Shown piece by piece: positions 1-9,910 of a stretch of DNA of 53,151 bases; position 1 is the first letter of the stretch; each line of letters begins with the position of its first letter. The position numbers were made by a program, and so were the translations under genes. Location of the stretch: contig LRSL01000037.1 of NCBI GenBank assembly GCA_001563335.1, forward strand, positions 1-53,151, read 5' to 3'. The notes under the pieces are model-generated. The model worked only from the letters and a program-made list of their open reading frames with translations. It made no database searches and had not been told where the DNA came from. This DNA is from Candidatus Thorarchaeota archaeon SMTZ1-45 (GTDB lineage: Archaea > Asgardarchaeota > Thorarchaeia > Thorarchaeales > Thorarchaeaceae).

Positions 1-259
1 CGACAACTACAAGTTTGAGACCCTGGGTGACGCACTCCATCGTTGTTCCAGCTCCACCTGTACTTACTATTACTGATGCTTTTCTATAGGCTTCATTGAG
101 ATTTTCTAGAAATCTGAAATATCTGAAATTCTTTGGAACATAGGTCCCTCTACCTATCTGTCCCACAACTGGTTCCTTTATTTCTCCTTTTCCTACTAAC
201 TCATCTATTTTCTTGATCAATGGGTCGAAGTGAGCTGTCCCTACAGTGACAAAGATCAT
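1..259 (-). CDS. Alg13/PssE-like glycosyltransferase (GT28 C-terminal-type subunit); 3' end runs off the window
   Basis: Not in the ORF track. Manual translation from ATG at 259: MIFVTVGTAHFDPLIKKIDEL...VVGQIG...VIVSTGGAGTTMECVTQGLKLVVV. IFVTVGT and GGAGT are Alg13/PssE hallmarks. ATGA overlap with the upstream Alg14-like gene. Confidence 0.9.
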   Translation of the reverse strand, partial: MIFVTVGTAHFDPLIKKIDELVGKGEIKEPVVGQIGRGTYVPKNFRYFRFLENLNEAYRKASVIVSTGGAGTTMECVTQGLKLVVV

Positions 260-738
260 AGTAATTGACCTCCGTATATTGCATTAGGTGTATTCTCTGC
301 GAGTTTCTCCCATTGAACGAAAAAGAGGCTGACTTTTCCAAGAAGTAATCGTCCAGTCTGGGAGAGCGTTTCAACTCTAGACATGCTCTCAATGAATACT
401 GTTGGTATCCCAAGAATCCTTGCAGAATAAAACACTGGCACAGTCATTCCGGTTCCACAACTGATAACAACATTTGGTCGAATAAGAAACAAGTAAATGA
501 ACGATAGGAAGAGTGTGAGAATAGTTCGTAGACCTGACATCACTCGAGAATCTTGTGGTAATAAGCGTGGCGCGAAAACACAAAGTACCCTGCCCTGTAT
601 GCGTATTTTCTTTGGTGTTAGTTTGTCAAGAAGTCCTACTATGTAAAGATACTCAAACTCATCACCCATTGCATCAATAAGGGCAAACGTTTGCGCAGTG
701 TGACCGCCTCTGCCTAACACAACTGCAATCTTCTTCAT
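256..738 (-). CDS. Alg14/PssD-like oligosaccharide biosynthesis protein
   Basis: VLGRGGHT, RPNVVISCGTG, VFIESMSRV..LSQTG and FFVQW motifs; translationally coupled to the Alg13-like gene. Confidence 0.9.
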   Translation of the reverse strand: MKKIAVVLGRGGHTAQTFALIDAMGDEFEYLYIVGLLDKLTPKKIRIQGRVLCVFAPRLLPQDSRVMSGLRTILTLFLSFIYLFLIRPNVVISCGTGMTVPVFYSARILGIPTVFIESMSRVETLSQTGRLLLGKVSLFFVQWEKLAENTPNAIYGGQLL

Positions 739-871
739 CAGAGTACCTCTTGTTGCCTCACAACCTAGTTTCCTGATAAAGAGTTTCCTCGACTAGCGTT
801 GAGTACTTATACAAGAACTCAGCCCAGTTGCATTGTAATTGGTTGACTTTCTTGACATTTGAGGATGAAGG

Positions 872-1840
872 ATGATGATCAACAAGTGGAAAATGCCAAC
901 GACTATGACAATGATCCTGCTATTCCTGATAACTTGTACAGTAATTATAATGTCCATTATTCGTTTTGGATATGCATACCCGGATAGCTCTTACTATCTT
1001 GATATGGTCGAGTTCTTTTCAGGTACCCTCTCTGGCTTAGAGTTGACAGCTCCATTTTGCTATCGACCTATGTTGCCCTTGATTGTTGCATTACTTCCAT
1101 TAGAAGCAGAAATTTCCTTTGCAATAATCAATCTAATCTTTCTCATACTAATCAGTTGGGTCATTTTCTACATGTCACTAAAAAGAGATTCAAATCCACT
1201 TGTTGCCTTGTTAACAACTCTAGTGTTTATTGTATCCTTGCTCTACCTCTTCTATGGAGCAGTGGTTTTAGTCGATCCGGGTGCTATCTTCTTTCTATCT
1301 CTTGCGTATTATTACCTCAGAGAAGAAGGTCGTAATATGCAAATTACTATATTACTAACTCTAGGTGTTTTATTCAAAGAAGTAGCACTTGTTGGAGTTG
1401 CTACTTATATCCTATTAAGAAACTTCAAAGAATGGTGGCTCATGGTGTTTCCTGTGGGAACATATACGATATTGCGAATCATTACTCCTTCAGGCAACCC
1501 AGGATACATATGGTCATTTCATCTTGACAATTTAGTCATGAATGGTGTTGCTACTCTGAAAACGTTTCTATTTGGAATGACTCCTTTTCTGATTCTCATT
1601 ATCCTGGCATATCTTCATTGGCGGAGTAGTAAAACACATGAGTCCACAGATAGAAAATGGATCTTAGCTGCAGGAATTCCTGCACTAACATATCTATTCT
1701 TGGGATTGTTCTTCGCACATTTTGATGTAAGATTCTTCTGGCCAATCTATCTCATGCTAGTTCCACTATGTACGGATGGTTTTTCTGAGTTCTTTAGACT
1801 CATTCGGTTCTCATTACCGAGTGAATCTGCAATGGAGTGA
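872..1840 (+). CDS. Polytopic membrane protein, probable GT-C fold glycosyltransferase (ArnT/PMT-like)
   Basis: About 9-10 hydrophobic segments; loop DS..Y and PF.YRP after TM1; GVLFKE and late RF motifs; glycosylation context. Confidence 0.6.
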   Translation: MMINKWKMPTTMTMILLFLITCTVIIMSIIRFGYAYPDSSYYLDMVEFFSGTLSGLELTAPFCYRPMLPLIVALLPLEAEISFAIINLIFLILISWVIFYMSLKRDSNPLVALLTTLVFIVSLLYLFYGAVVLVDPGAIFFLSLAYYYLREEGRNMQITILLTLGVLFKEVALVGVATYILLRNFKEWWLMVFPVGTYTILRIITPSGNPGYIWSFHLDNLVMNGVATLKTFLFGMTPFLILIILAYLHWRSSKTHESTDRKWILAAGIPALTYLFLGLFFAHFDVRFFWPIYLMLVPLCTDGFSEFFRLIRFSLPSESAME

Positions 1841-1845
1841 AATAA

Positions 1846-2655
1846 TTGACAGAATACATCCTCGTTACCAAATTTTACAATGAACAGACACAGTTACCGA
1901 TATTGATTGCTAGTGTCGCTGCTCAAATAATGCGACCAAAGATTGTAGTCTTTTTGGATGATGGTTCGACGGATGCAAGCGCTGATATTGCCATGAATGA
2001 AGCAAAGAAGCATGGTTTGGATTTTGAAGTCATTTCAATGCCTAAGAAGAAGAAAGGGAATTTGGATACCATTGGACGGATTTGGACAAAAGCCCAACCA
2101 AGATTGAAGCAATTGTCGAAGGATGTTGAGTATTTTGCTACAATAGATGTTGATACTATCCTTGCTCCATTTTATTTTAGATATATGACAAACTATCTTG
2201 AAAAGAATAGATCAATTGGAGTCGTGGCAGGTCAAGCAATACATGAGCCAAAACGGACATTCCCCATGTTTACTGGAAAGGTATTTCGGTCTACAATAAT
2301 AAGTAGAATCAATAAATACTGGGATATATCAGCTGATTCATTCATCAATGTGAAAGCTTTGAAAATGGGATACAAACTAAAAATCTTAGACATTCCTGTA
2401 AATACTCCCCCAACTCACCTTCAAACATCAAAGGGAAGATATCGCTCTGGTCGATTAGCTTATTATACAGGAACAAGTCTTCTCTATGTCCTGGCAAAAG
2501 GGGTCATGAAAATAGATTCCCAATACCTCCGTGGATATTGGTCAGAGTGGGCTAGAGGAACGTGGATTTGCACTGATTCAGAAATCAGAGAATATTATGG
2601 TGATGAATTCAAGCGTAGGATTCTTTCCCTTGCTCGAAAGGCATTATCATTATAA
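1846..2655 (+). CDS. Glycosyltransferase family 2
   Basis: YNE, DDGSTD and DxD (DVD) motifs; TTG start. Confidence 0.85.
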   Translation: MTEYILVTKFYNEQTQLPILIASVAAQIMRPKIVVFLDDGSTDASADIAMNEAKKHGLDFEVISMPKKKKGNLDTIGRIWTKAQPRLKQLSKDVEYFATIDVDTILAPFYFRYMTNYLEKNRSIGVVAGQAIHEPKRTFPMFTGKVFRSTIISRINKYWDISADSFINVKALKMGYKLKILDIPVNTPPTHLQTSKGRYRSGRLAYYTGTSLLYVLAKGVMKIDSQYLRGYWSEWARGTWICTDSEIREYYGDEFKRRILSLARKALSL

Positions 2656-2737
2656 GAGACTCGAAATCTAGAAACCAGGTTCGCTGTGCATGGCACACTA
2701 TGATATCACGAAGTTTTGAGATAGGAGAAACAATCCA

Positions 2738-3676
2738 ATGTCAAAGGTGTTGGCTATATCTGAGTATTACAATGAAGCCGACAATATCCCAGAACTTGTA
2801 GAAAATCTCTCTGAACAGACAAAGAGGCCAGATCTATTTGTAATAATAGATGATGGAAGTACAGACAACTCGACAGATCTTTTCCAGAAGAATCTAGAAG
2901 ACTTTGGATTTGAAAGTGCTCTTTATTCGATGCCTCCGAAAGCAAAGCCAGATCCAAATCTAAAAGGACGAGCTTTTTCGAAAGTAGATCTGCTAAATAG
3001 CGATTGGCTGGATTCCAGTGACTTTGATTATCTGATGCTGATTGGTGCAGACACTCGATTTCCCAGAACATACATTGAACTTTGCACCATGATTATGGAT
3101 AGATTCCCAATTTTTGGAACAATGGCTGGACGAATAAAAGGGGAGCCAGGAGGAGCTACTCCAATGGGTACAGGTAAGATTGTTCGATGGAGTGTAGTAC
3201 AACGAACTAGAAATCGATACTGGGATCTCGATCCTGACTCCTTGTGGAATCTGATTGCCATTGAGCTGGGATATCGAATGCTAATCCCGAAAGATTTGCT
3301 CGTTAATGTGACTAGACCAACTCATATGTACAGTCCTCAAGGGTTCTACAATTTGGGTCGTAGAATGTATTATGTAGGCTGGAGATTGCAAAACGCAATA
3401 ATCTATGCAATATCCCTATCGATAAAATTGAATCACCCTCAACATTTCTTGAAAGGATATATTCACGCATATACTGAAGGAACTTGGAGATGCAATGATT
3501 CCGAAGTGAAAGATTACTATAGCTTCTCTCGCATGCTTAGAAGAAATCTTGGACTTTCAAATCAACGAGACTTTGCTACTATTCTAGAAATAGGAATGCA
3601 ACCAAGTTATGAAGAAGAAATCACAGAGGATTTTCTGCAAGAGGTCCTTAAGAGAATACAGATGGCTATTGATTAG
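2738..3676 (+). CDS. Glycosyltransferase family 2 (paralogue of the upstream gene)
   Basis: YNE and IDDGSTDN; DxD position reads GAD; shares YWD..D and GTW.C.DSE motifs with 1846..2655. Confidence 0.85.
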   Translation: MSKVLAISEYYNEADNIPELVENLSEQTKRPDLFVIIDDGSTDNSTDLFQKNLEDFGFESALYSMPPKAKPDPNLKGRAFSKVDLLNSDWLDSSDFDYLMLIGADTRFPRTYIELCTMIMDRFPIFGTMAGRIKGEPGGATPMGTGKIVRWSVVQRTRNRYWDLDPDSLWNLIAIELGYRMLIPKDLLVNVTRPTHMYSPQGFYNLGRRMYYVGWRLQNAIIYAISLSIKLNHPQHFLKGYIHAYTEGTWRCNDSEVKDYYSFSRMLRRNLGLSNQRDFATILEIGMQPSYEEEITEDFLQEVLKRIQMAID

Positions 3677-3689
3677 AATTCTTTCAATA

Positions 3690-5057
3690 TTAGTCAAATG
3701 TAGGTTCAACTTCTGACTTGATGAAGAATATCTTTCCTGTTGGAGATTTTTCTATTTCTGTAACCTCCTGGAAAACGATCTTCATGTCAGCTCCCAAAAC
3801 ATCTCGCATTTGTTTAGAAAGAATGTCAATCTCATTTTGATTGAAGTTTTCGTTTTTCACAATTCTCACCTCAATCTCATGAGTTGAGATCTGGTGAACA
3901 AAATAGTGATCGAATCCCACAACCTTCTGAAAGAGATGCGGAATGAATTCACCTGGAACTGGCCTACCCACTGTAGATGTAAGAAAATCATGTGTACGTC
4001 CTTCAACCTTAGCAATCTTTAGCAAGTTTCTTTCACAACTACAATCTGCATCTCTGAAATTCAAGACATCCCCTAGTTCATATCGAATGAATGGCATCGC
4101 ATAATTATCTAAGTCAGTTATAATGGCTGATACTCTGTCACTGGTTTTACCAAGTATGCTCGGGTCTTCCACTATAACATGTTCCTCAAACACATGGTAA
4201 GCTTGTTTTCTGTCGCATTGTGAAGCAATGGATAGAATCTCAGCACTGCCATATTGGTCATATACATCCGCAGTCAGATTTTCCTCGATAGTGGCTCGTT
4301 GTTGGGGAAATAATAGCTCCGAAGTTGTTTGGACTATCTTAAGATGCTCAAAATCCAGATTCATTGATTCAGCATATTTTGCTAGAAGGTATATTCCTGA
4401 CGGGTAACCCCTAAGTACTCGAATTCTATGTTTCTTCGATAAATCACATATCTCCGATGCCATATCTGCATCTAACTCAAACGAAGGGAAGAATGGATTT
4501 CTTTGGACTTTTCTGAGGATTGTGGAAAGAGCTTGTTTCATTCCCCCTTTGCTAAGGTAACCACCAAGCGACCCGCCTCCAAGGTCAATCCTACCTTCAC
4601 CAAACCTCATGCCAGTCCATTGATAGTATCTATACATAGCTCCCCATGCCCAGCTCAAGGAGTTCGTATCGTTATAGAACTGAATTGGTTCTCCAGTTGA
4701 ACCACCTGTTCTTCCAGTTCTTATTTTCGATTTGTCAAAACTACTTGCTAATAACTCGGTCTTGCAATTTCGAACATCGCGCTTAGACAAAATAGGAAGT
4801 TTTGAGATATCTTCTAAGTTCTTAATATTCGAAGGTTCCAATCCTCTCTCTTTGAAAATACGACGATAGTAAGGGACATTTTCGTATGCGTGTGAAACTA
4901 AACCTCGCAGTTTTGTGAATCGATATTCATCAATTTGGGATCTATTCCACCATTGGCTGCTCTCCATAAATCGAGCTTTTTCGATTGATGAAGTTCCTCG
5001 TAGCCTGTCAGCTATTGGTAATGCAGTCTTCGCAATGATGGATTCCCTTAGAGGCAA
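3690..5057 (-). CDS. Phenylacetate-CoA ligase / CapK-family adenylate-forming enzyme
   Basis: HAYENVPYY, TGGSTGEP, YGSAE, MPFIRYELGD, EGRTHD and terminal GK motifs; family common in polysaccharide clusters. Confidence 0.85.
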   Translation of the reverse strand: MPLRESIIAKTALPIADRLRGTSSIEKARFMESSQWWNRSQIDEYRFTKLRGLVSHAYENVPYYRRIFKERGLEPSNIKNLEDISKLPILSKRDVRNCKTELLASSFDKSKIRTGRTGGSTGEPIQFYNDTNSLSWAWGAMYRYYQWTGMRFGEGRIDLGGGSLGGYLSKGGMKQALSTILRKVQRNPFFPSFELDADMASEICDLSKKHRIRVLRGYPSGIYLLAKYAESMNLDFEHLKIVQTTSELLFPQQRATIEENLTADVYDQYGSAEILSIASQCDRKQAYHVFEEHVIVEDPSILGKTSDRVSAIITDLDNYAMPFIRYELGDVLNFRDADCSCERNLLKIAKVEGRTHDFLTSTVGRPVPGEFIPHLFQKVVGFDHYFVHQISTHEIEVRIVKNENFNQNEIDILSKQMRDVLGADMKIVFQEVTEIEKSPTGKIFFIKSEVEPTFD

Positions 5058-5321
5058 TGGAGTTCCCTCAATATTGAAAGGAATTGATGGACCTGCATAT
5101 CAACATTTCCAGATTGATTTCGAATAGTTCGGAATAATGTTGTTTGCAATTTGTCATCATCTTACTTGACATGTTTATCTCTATCTATTAATCAAATCTC
5201 TTGAATTTACTATTGACTTCTTTTGAGAAATATTGTCTTTTTTGAATATGACAATCTATATCTGTTATCTGCAATTCAGCCTTCCTTAAGGGATAGAAAC
5301 AGTTCTCTCAAATGAGAGGTA

Positions 5322-6035
5322 TTGATGATGAGAATATTAGGAACCATTTGTGCAAGAGGAGGCTCCAAGGGTGTTAGGAATAAGAATATCCGACACCTCC
5401 ATGGCAAACCTCTCATTGCCTATACAATTGAGTGTCTTTTAGGATGGGGCAAAGCCCAGAGAGTTGTAGTTTCCACGGATTCGCCTGAAATAATGCAGGT
5501 CGCAAATGATTATGGAGCTGAAACTCCTTTTACTCGACCAGATGGATTAGCCTCTGATGCTGCTCCTAAAATCCCTGTCATTCAACACGTTCTCCGTTTT
5601 TGTGAAGAACAAGAGAAGTCCAAGTATGACATTATTATTGATTTAGATCCCACCTCACCATTACGGAGAATCGATGATATTGAAAACGCACTCATAGAGT
5701 TCCTAAGAACAAAAGCTCAGGTTCTTTATAGCGTGACTGAATCAGCAAAGAATCCATATTTCAATATGGTCGAGCTGGATGATGCAGGAAACGCGTATCT
5801 TTCAAAGTCACTTGAAGGTGAAGTATTCAGGAGACAAGATGCTCCAAAGGTATATTCCATTAATGGCTCAATCTACATATATGAACGAGACTTTCTTGAA
5901 ACCACAAAGAGTCTTCATTGTGAGAAGGAAAGAGTGTACATCATGGATGAATTGTCATCTATTGATATTGACCGTGAGATTGATTTTCAATTCATTGAAT
6001 TCTTGCTTGAGCGTGGACTTTTCAAATTCAGGTAA
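5322..6035 (+). CDS. neuA: Acylneuraminate (nonulosonate) cytidylyltransferase
   Basis: ARGGSKGVRNKN, VVSTD, PTSPLR, NGSIY and SIDID motifs. True start may be the ATG one or two codons downstream. Confidence 0.92.
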   Translation: MMMRILGTICARGGSKGVRNKNIRHLHGKPLIAYTIECLLGWGKAQRVVVSTDSPEIMQVANDYGAETPFTRPDGLASDAAPKIPVIQHVLRFCEEQEKSKYDIIIDLDPTSPLRRIDDIENALIEFLRTKAQVLYSVTESAKNPYFNMVELDDAGNAYLSKSLEGEVFRRQDAPKVYSINGSIYIYERDFLETTKSLHCEKERVYIMDELSSIDIDREIDFQFIEFLLERGLFKFR

Positions 6036-6055
6036 AGCCAAGGAGTGTTACTGAA

Positions 6056-7123
6056 ATGGTTCAATCTATTCAGATTGATGGTCGTGTTATAGGAGAGGAC
6101 AACCCTGTCTTTATTATTGCTGAAGCTGGGGTTAATCATAATGGTGATATTAAGCTCGCCAAAAAACTCGTTGATAAAGCAGTTTTGGCTGGCGCGGATG
6201 CTGTGAAATTTCAAACCTTCAAAACTGAGGATCTCACAACAAAAGATGCTGAAATGGCTGAAAATCAAGTTGAGAATATTGGCGAATCTGGCAGCCAGTT
6301 TGAAATGATACAGAGATTAGAATTAGGTTATGATGAATTTGTTGAATTGCAACGCTATTGTAGCAGCAGAGGAATATTGTTCCTTTCCACTCCTCATACC
6401 CTCGATGCAATGAGGTTTCTGGATTCAATTGTTCCTGCCTTCAAAATTGGTTCTGGTGACTTGACAAACCTTCCCTTTTTGAAAGAGTTAGCAGACCTTG
6501 GAAAACCAATACTCCTATCCACTGGTATGTCAACCCTTGATGAAGTACGTGATGCTGTCCAAACAATATTGGATAGAGGAAATGAACATCTAGTACTTCT
6601 TCATTGTGTCACAAATTATCCTGCAGCAATTGAAGACATGAACTTAAGAGCTATTGAAACACTTCGCCGTGAATTCAATCTACTTGTCGGTTTTTCTGAT
6701 CATTCAACAGGCTATGTTGCATCAATAGCTGCTGTGTCTCTGGGAGTTGTTATTCTAGAGAAACATTTCACATTAGATCGAACTCTTCTTGGTCCCGATC
6801 ATAAAGCATCACTAGATCCTGTACAATTGCAGGAGTATGTGAGTTTTATTAGAGCTGCAGAATCCTCGCTTGGTGATGGTATCAAGAAACCTGCATCTAG
6901 TGAAATTCCGATCAAGGACGTGGCACGGAAAAGTCTTGTTGCGATTCAAGATATTAAAGCAGGTACAATGTTAGAAGAATCAATGATAGGGATAAAGCGT
7001 CCAGGCACCGGGATACCTCCGAGATTCCTTTCTGAGATAATTGGGAGAAGAATAAAAGTTGACATCAAAAATGATGCTCTTTTACATTGGGATATGTTAG
7101 AACCGGAACCTGTGGAGAGATGA
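6056..7123 (+). CDS. neuB: N-acetylneuraminate/legionaminate synthase with C-terminal SAF domain
   Basis: IAEAGVNHNG, AVKFQ, KIGSGD, LSTGM, LHCVTNYP, GFSDH, EKHFTLD and KRPGTGI motifs. Confidence 0.95.
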   Translation: MVQSIQIDGRVIGEDNPVFIIAEAGVNHNGDIKLAKKLVDKAVLAGADAVKFQTFKTEDLTTKDAEMAENQVENIGESGSQFEMIQRLELGYDEFVELQRYCSSRGILFLSTPHTLDAMRFLDSIVPAFKIGSGDLTNLPFLKELADLGKPILLSTGMSTLDEVRDAVQTILDRGNEHLVLLHCVTNYPAAIEDMNLRAIETLRREFNLLVGFSDHSTGYVASIAAVSLGVVILEKHFTLDRTLLGPDHKASLDPVQLQEYVSFIRAAESSLGDGIKKPASSEIPIKDVARKSLVAIQDIKAGTMLEESMIGIKRPGTGIPPRFLSEIIGRRIKVDIKNDALLHWDMLEPEPVER

Positions 7124-7127
7124 TAAA

Positions 7128-8288
7128 ATGAAACGAATTGGTGTTGTTACAGGCACCCGTGCTGAATATGGATATCTACGACCACTTCTTTACGCAATCT
7201 CTAATGAACCAACATTGGAGCTCAGAGTTTATGCCTCAGGAATGCATTTACTAAAAGAGTATGGTGACTCTATCAAAGAGATTGAGAGAGATGGTTTTGA
7301 GATTATCAGACGAATCGATATGGGTTCAAAAGCCATGTTGGATGAACATGATCTTCCAATATCAATCGGTACTGGAATTATCGGATTTGCAGATGTATTT
7401 GCTGAAGAAAAGCCAGACCTTGTCATTGTTTTTGGTGATCGTATAGAACCATTTTCAGCCGCCATAGCTTCTACGACAATGAACATCCCCGTTGCCCATA
7501 TCGCTGGAGGTGAAATTGGTTTGGGTGACATTGATCATGTGATGCGCCATGCAATCTCTAAGCTGTCACATCTACATTTTGTTCAGACTGAAGAAAGTAG
7601 ACACCGTCTCATAAAGCTGGGAGAGGAGGATTGGAGGATTCATAACGTTGGGTCATTAACCCTTGATACAATTCTAAACACAGAGCTCCGCTCACGTGAG
7701 GAACTCTCAAAAAGATACAACTTTGAGTTTGGAAAATTCATACTCATTGCATATCATCCAGTTTCAACTGAGTGGGAACATGCCGAGAAACAAATGAGTC
7801 TTGTTCTCGACTCCGTTGTTGAGGTCGCACTTGAGTCGAATCTACAGATAGTGATTACCTATCCAAATGACTATCCTGGTGGAACCAGTATTGTTGATGT
7901 AACCAAATCCTATTCTGATAGAGCATTTATTCAAGTTTTCAAGAATCTCTCTCATATTGACTATATTTCCCTGATGAAACTATGTGACGTCTATATAGGG
8001 AATTCTAGCAGTGGGCTTATTGAAGCTCCCTCACTTGGTGTTCCATATGTCTGTATTGGGACTAGACAGAAAGGGAGAGAGAGAGCAAGAAATGTACTTG
8101 ATGTCGACTATGATAAGGATGAAATAACAACCGCATTACGAAAGGCTCTACATGATGCGAAATTTCTCAAAGATGTCGCAAAACGTGAATCTCCTTATGG
8201 GGATGGAAAAGCCAGCCAGCGAATCATAGAAGTACTCAAACATACCAGTTTCGATGATAGACTATTGAGGAAGAAAATGACATACTAA
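7128..8288 (+). CDS. neuC: Hydrolysing UDP/GDP-N-acetyl-sugar 2-epimerase (NeuC/LegG)
   Basis: VTGTRAEYG, GDRIE, RHAISKLSHLHF, GNSSSG, GTRQKGR and YGDG motifs. Confidence 0.93.
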   Translation: MKRIGVVTGTRAEYGYLRPLLYAISNEPTLELRVYASGMHLLKEYGDSIKEIERDGFEIIRRIDMGSKAMLDEHDLPISIGTGIIGFADVFAEEKPDLVIVFGDRIEPFSAAIASTTMNIPVAHIAGGEIGLGDIDHVMRHAISKLSHLHFVQTEESRHRLIKLGEEDWRIHNVGSLTLDTILNTELRSREELSKRYNFEFGKFILIAYHPVSTEWEHAEKQMSLVLDSVVEVALESNLQIVITYPNDYPGGTSIVDVTKSYSDRAFIQVFKNLSHIDYISLMKLCDVYIGNSSSGLIEAPSLGVPYVCIGTRQKGRERARNVLDVDYDKDEITTALRKALHDAKFLKDVAKRESPYGDGKASQRIIEVLKHTSFDDRLLRKKMTY

Positions 8289-8302
8289 GAGGGAGAATTG
8301 AG

Positions 8303-8725
8303 ATGACATCACGATTCAATAATTGGAAACCTCCAGAGTTTGATGAAAGGAATATGACAAAATGGAACTGGATGTGTCAGCACCATGAAAACTTAGAACT
8401 GGGAGTAAATACCGATATTGGTGCATTTACTTATATCAACGCTAAATTTGGTGTCATAATCGAAGAAGGTGTGGAGGTAGGGTCTCATTGTTCAATCTAT
8501 TCTATCTCCACTATTGATAATAAAAGTGGTCAAGTTGTAATCAGAAAGAATGCTAAGATTGGTACACATTCAGTTATCATGCCAGGGGTTACAATTGGAG
8601 AAAACACTGTGATAGGTGCGTTCAGTTTTGTTACATCTGATATACCTGATAATACCATTGCCTATGGCATCCCTGCTAAAGTGCAGAAGAACCTCGATAC
8701 AGCAGCTAAAGATACAGGTGGATGA
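8303..8725 (+). CDS. Hexapeptide-repeat (left-handed beta-helix) sugar acyltransferase
   Basis: Hexapeptide repeats: IGTHSVIMPGVTIGENTVIGAFSFV..DIP...AYGIPAK. Confidence 0.88.
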   Translation: MTSRFNNWKPPEFDERNMTKWNWMCQHHENLELGVNTDIGAFTYINAKFGVIIEEGVEVGSHCSIYSISTIDNKSGQVVIRKNAKIGTHSVIMPGVTIGENTVIGAFSFVTSDIPDNTIAYGIPAKVQKNLDTAAKDTGG

Positions 8726-9852
8726 AGATGGAGATTCCTCTTTTCAAAATACACTGGAATGAAGATGATATAGATGCGGTAAACCGCATCATCAGATCTG
8801 GACTTTATTGGTGCATGGGCCGCGATATAGAGGAATTCGAGCAGGAGATTGCAGCATATTTAGGTTCGGATTATTGTGTGCTTCTCAATTCAGGTGGGTC
8901 TGCACTTCAAGCATTAATGGTGGCATACAATTTTCAGAAGGGTGATGAAATTATAGTTCCATCATTTACATTCATTGCCTCTGCCTATGCCCCATTATAC
9001 GTTGGTGCTCGACCAGTCTTTGCTGATATCGAAGAAGACACATATGGACTAGACCCTGAAGACGTCAAGCGAAAAATAACAAACAAGACCAAAGCAATTC
9101 TTCCTGTTCATTACGGTGGAATGCCCTGTAGAGTTGATATTCTCAATGAATTGGCTGAAGATTACGGTTTACTGTTAATTGAGGATGCCGCTGAAGCTCT
9201 TGGAGCGAAGCTTGGAGCTAAAGCAATAGGAACATTTGGTCATTCATCAATATTCAGCTTCTGCCAAAACAAAGTTATTACGACCAGTGAAGGTGGATGT
9301 CTTGTCACTAATGATAGCACAATCAACGAAAAAGCACGTCTCTTCAGATCATATGGACGTGTCATAACTGGTGACTATTTTGCTGGTGGGACTGATTTAG
9401 ACTATGTTGAATCCGGCTTCAATTTGCGAATGTCAACATTGTTGGCTTCATTAGGTCGTTCTCAATTAAAGAGAATCAATGATCTAATTGTGATGCGACA
9501 AAAGAATGCTCACTTTCTAATTGAGAAATTCAATGACCTTGATGAAATCAGCTGTCCGATGCCACCTAACAAAGATTTCTTTTCTGTTTATCAGATGTTT
9601 ACATTACGAGTTAGAACTGGTCAAAAGAAGAGAGATGCGTTAATGAAACATCTTAGCGATAAGGGGATATCTTCCAAAGTCTACTTCGATCCAGTCCATC
9701 AATATTCTGTATTTCGGAAACTGGGTCATCATACTATACAATTGCCAGTCACAGAAAGAGTAGCTTCAGAAGTTCTCACAATACCGATGTATCCTCACAT
9801 GACCAAAGAAGAATTGGAATATCTATCTACTTCAATAATCGAGTTCTTCTAA
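8722..9852 (+). CDS. DegT/DnrJ/EryC1/StrS PLP sugar aminotransferase (LegC-like)
   Basis: PSFTFIAS, PVHYGG, IEDAAEALG and SFCQNKVITTSEGG (PLP lysine). Confidence 0.92.
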   Translation: MKMEIPLFKIHWNEDDIDAVNRIIRSGLYWCMGRDIEEFEQEIAAYLGSDYCVLLNSGGSALQALMVAYNFQKGDEIIVPSFTFIASAYAPLYVGARPVFADIEEDTYGLDPEDVKRKITNKTKAILPVHYGGMPCRVDILNELAEDYGLLLIEDAAEALGAKLGAKAIGTFGHSSIFSFCQNKVITTSEGGCLVTNDSTINEKARLFRSYGRVITGDYFAGGTDLDYVESGFNLRMSTLLASLGRSQLKRINDLIVMRQKNAHFLIEKFNDLDEISCPMPPNKDFFSVYQMFTLRVRTGQKKRDALMKHLSDKGISSKVYFDPVHQYSVFRKLGHHTIQLPVTERVASEVLTIPMYPHMTKEELEYLSTSIIEFF

Positions 9853-9910
9853 AAGAAAATTTGACCGAAAACAACAAATGTTAGCACAAATGAAAACGGA
9901 ATGACTCTCC

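Noticed and set aside
111-130. Short direct repeat ATCTGAAAT x2
   Set aside because: Lies within the Alg13-like CDS (NFRYFRF); explained by coding sequence.
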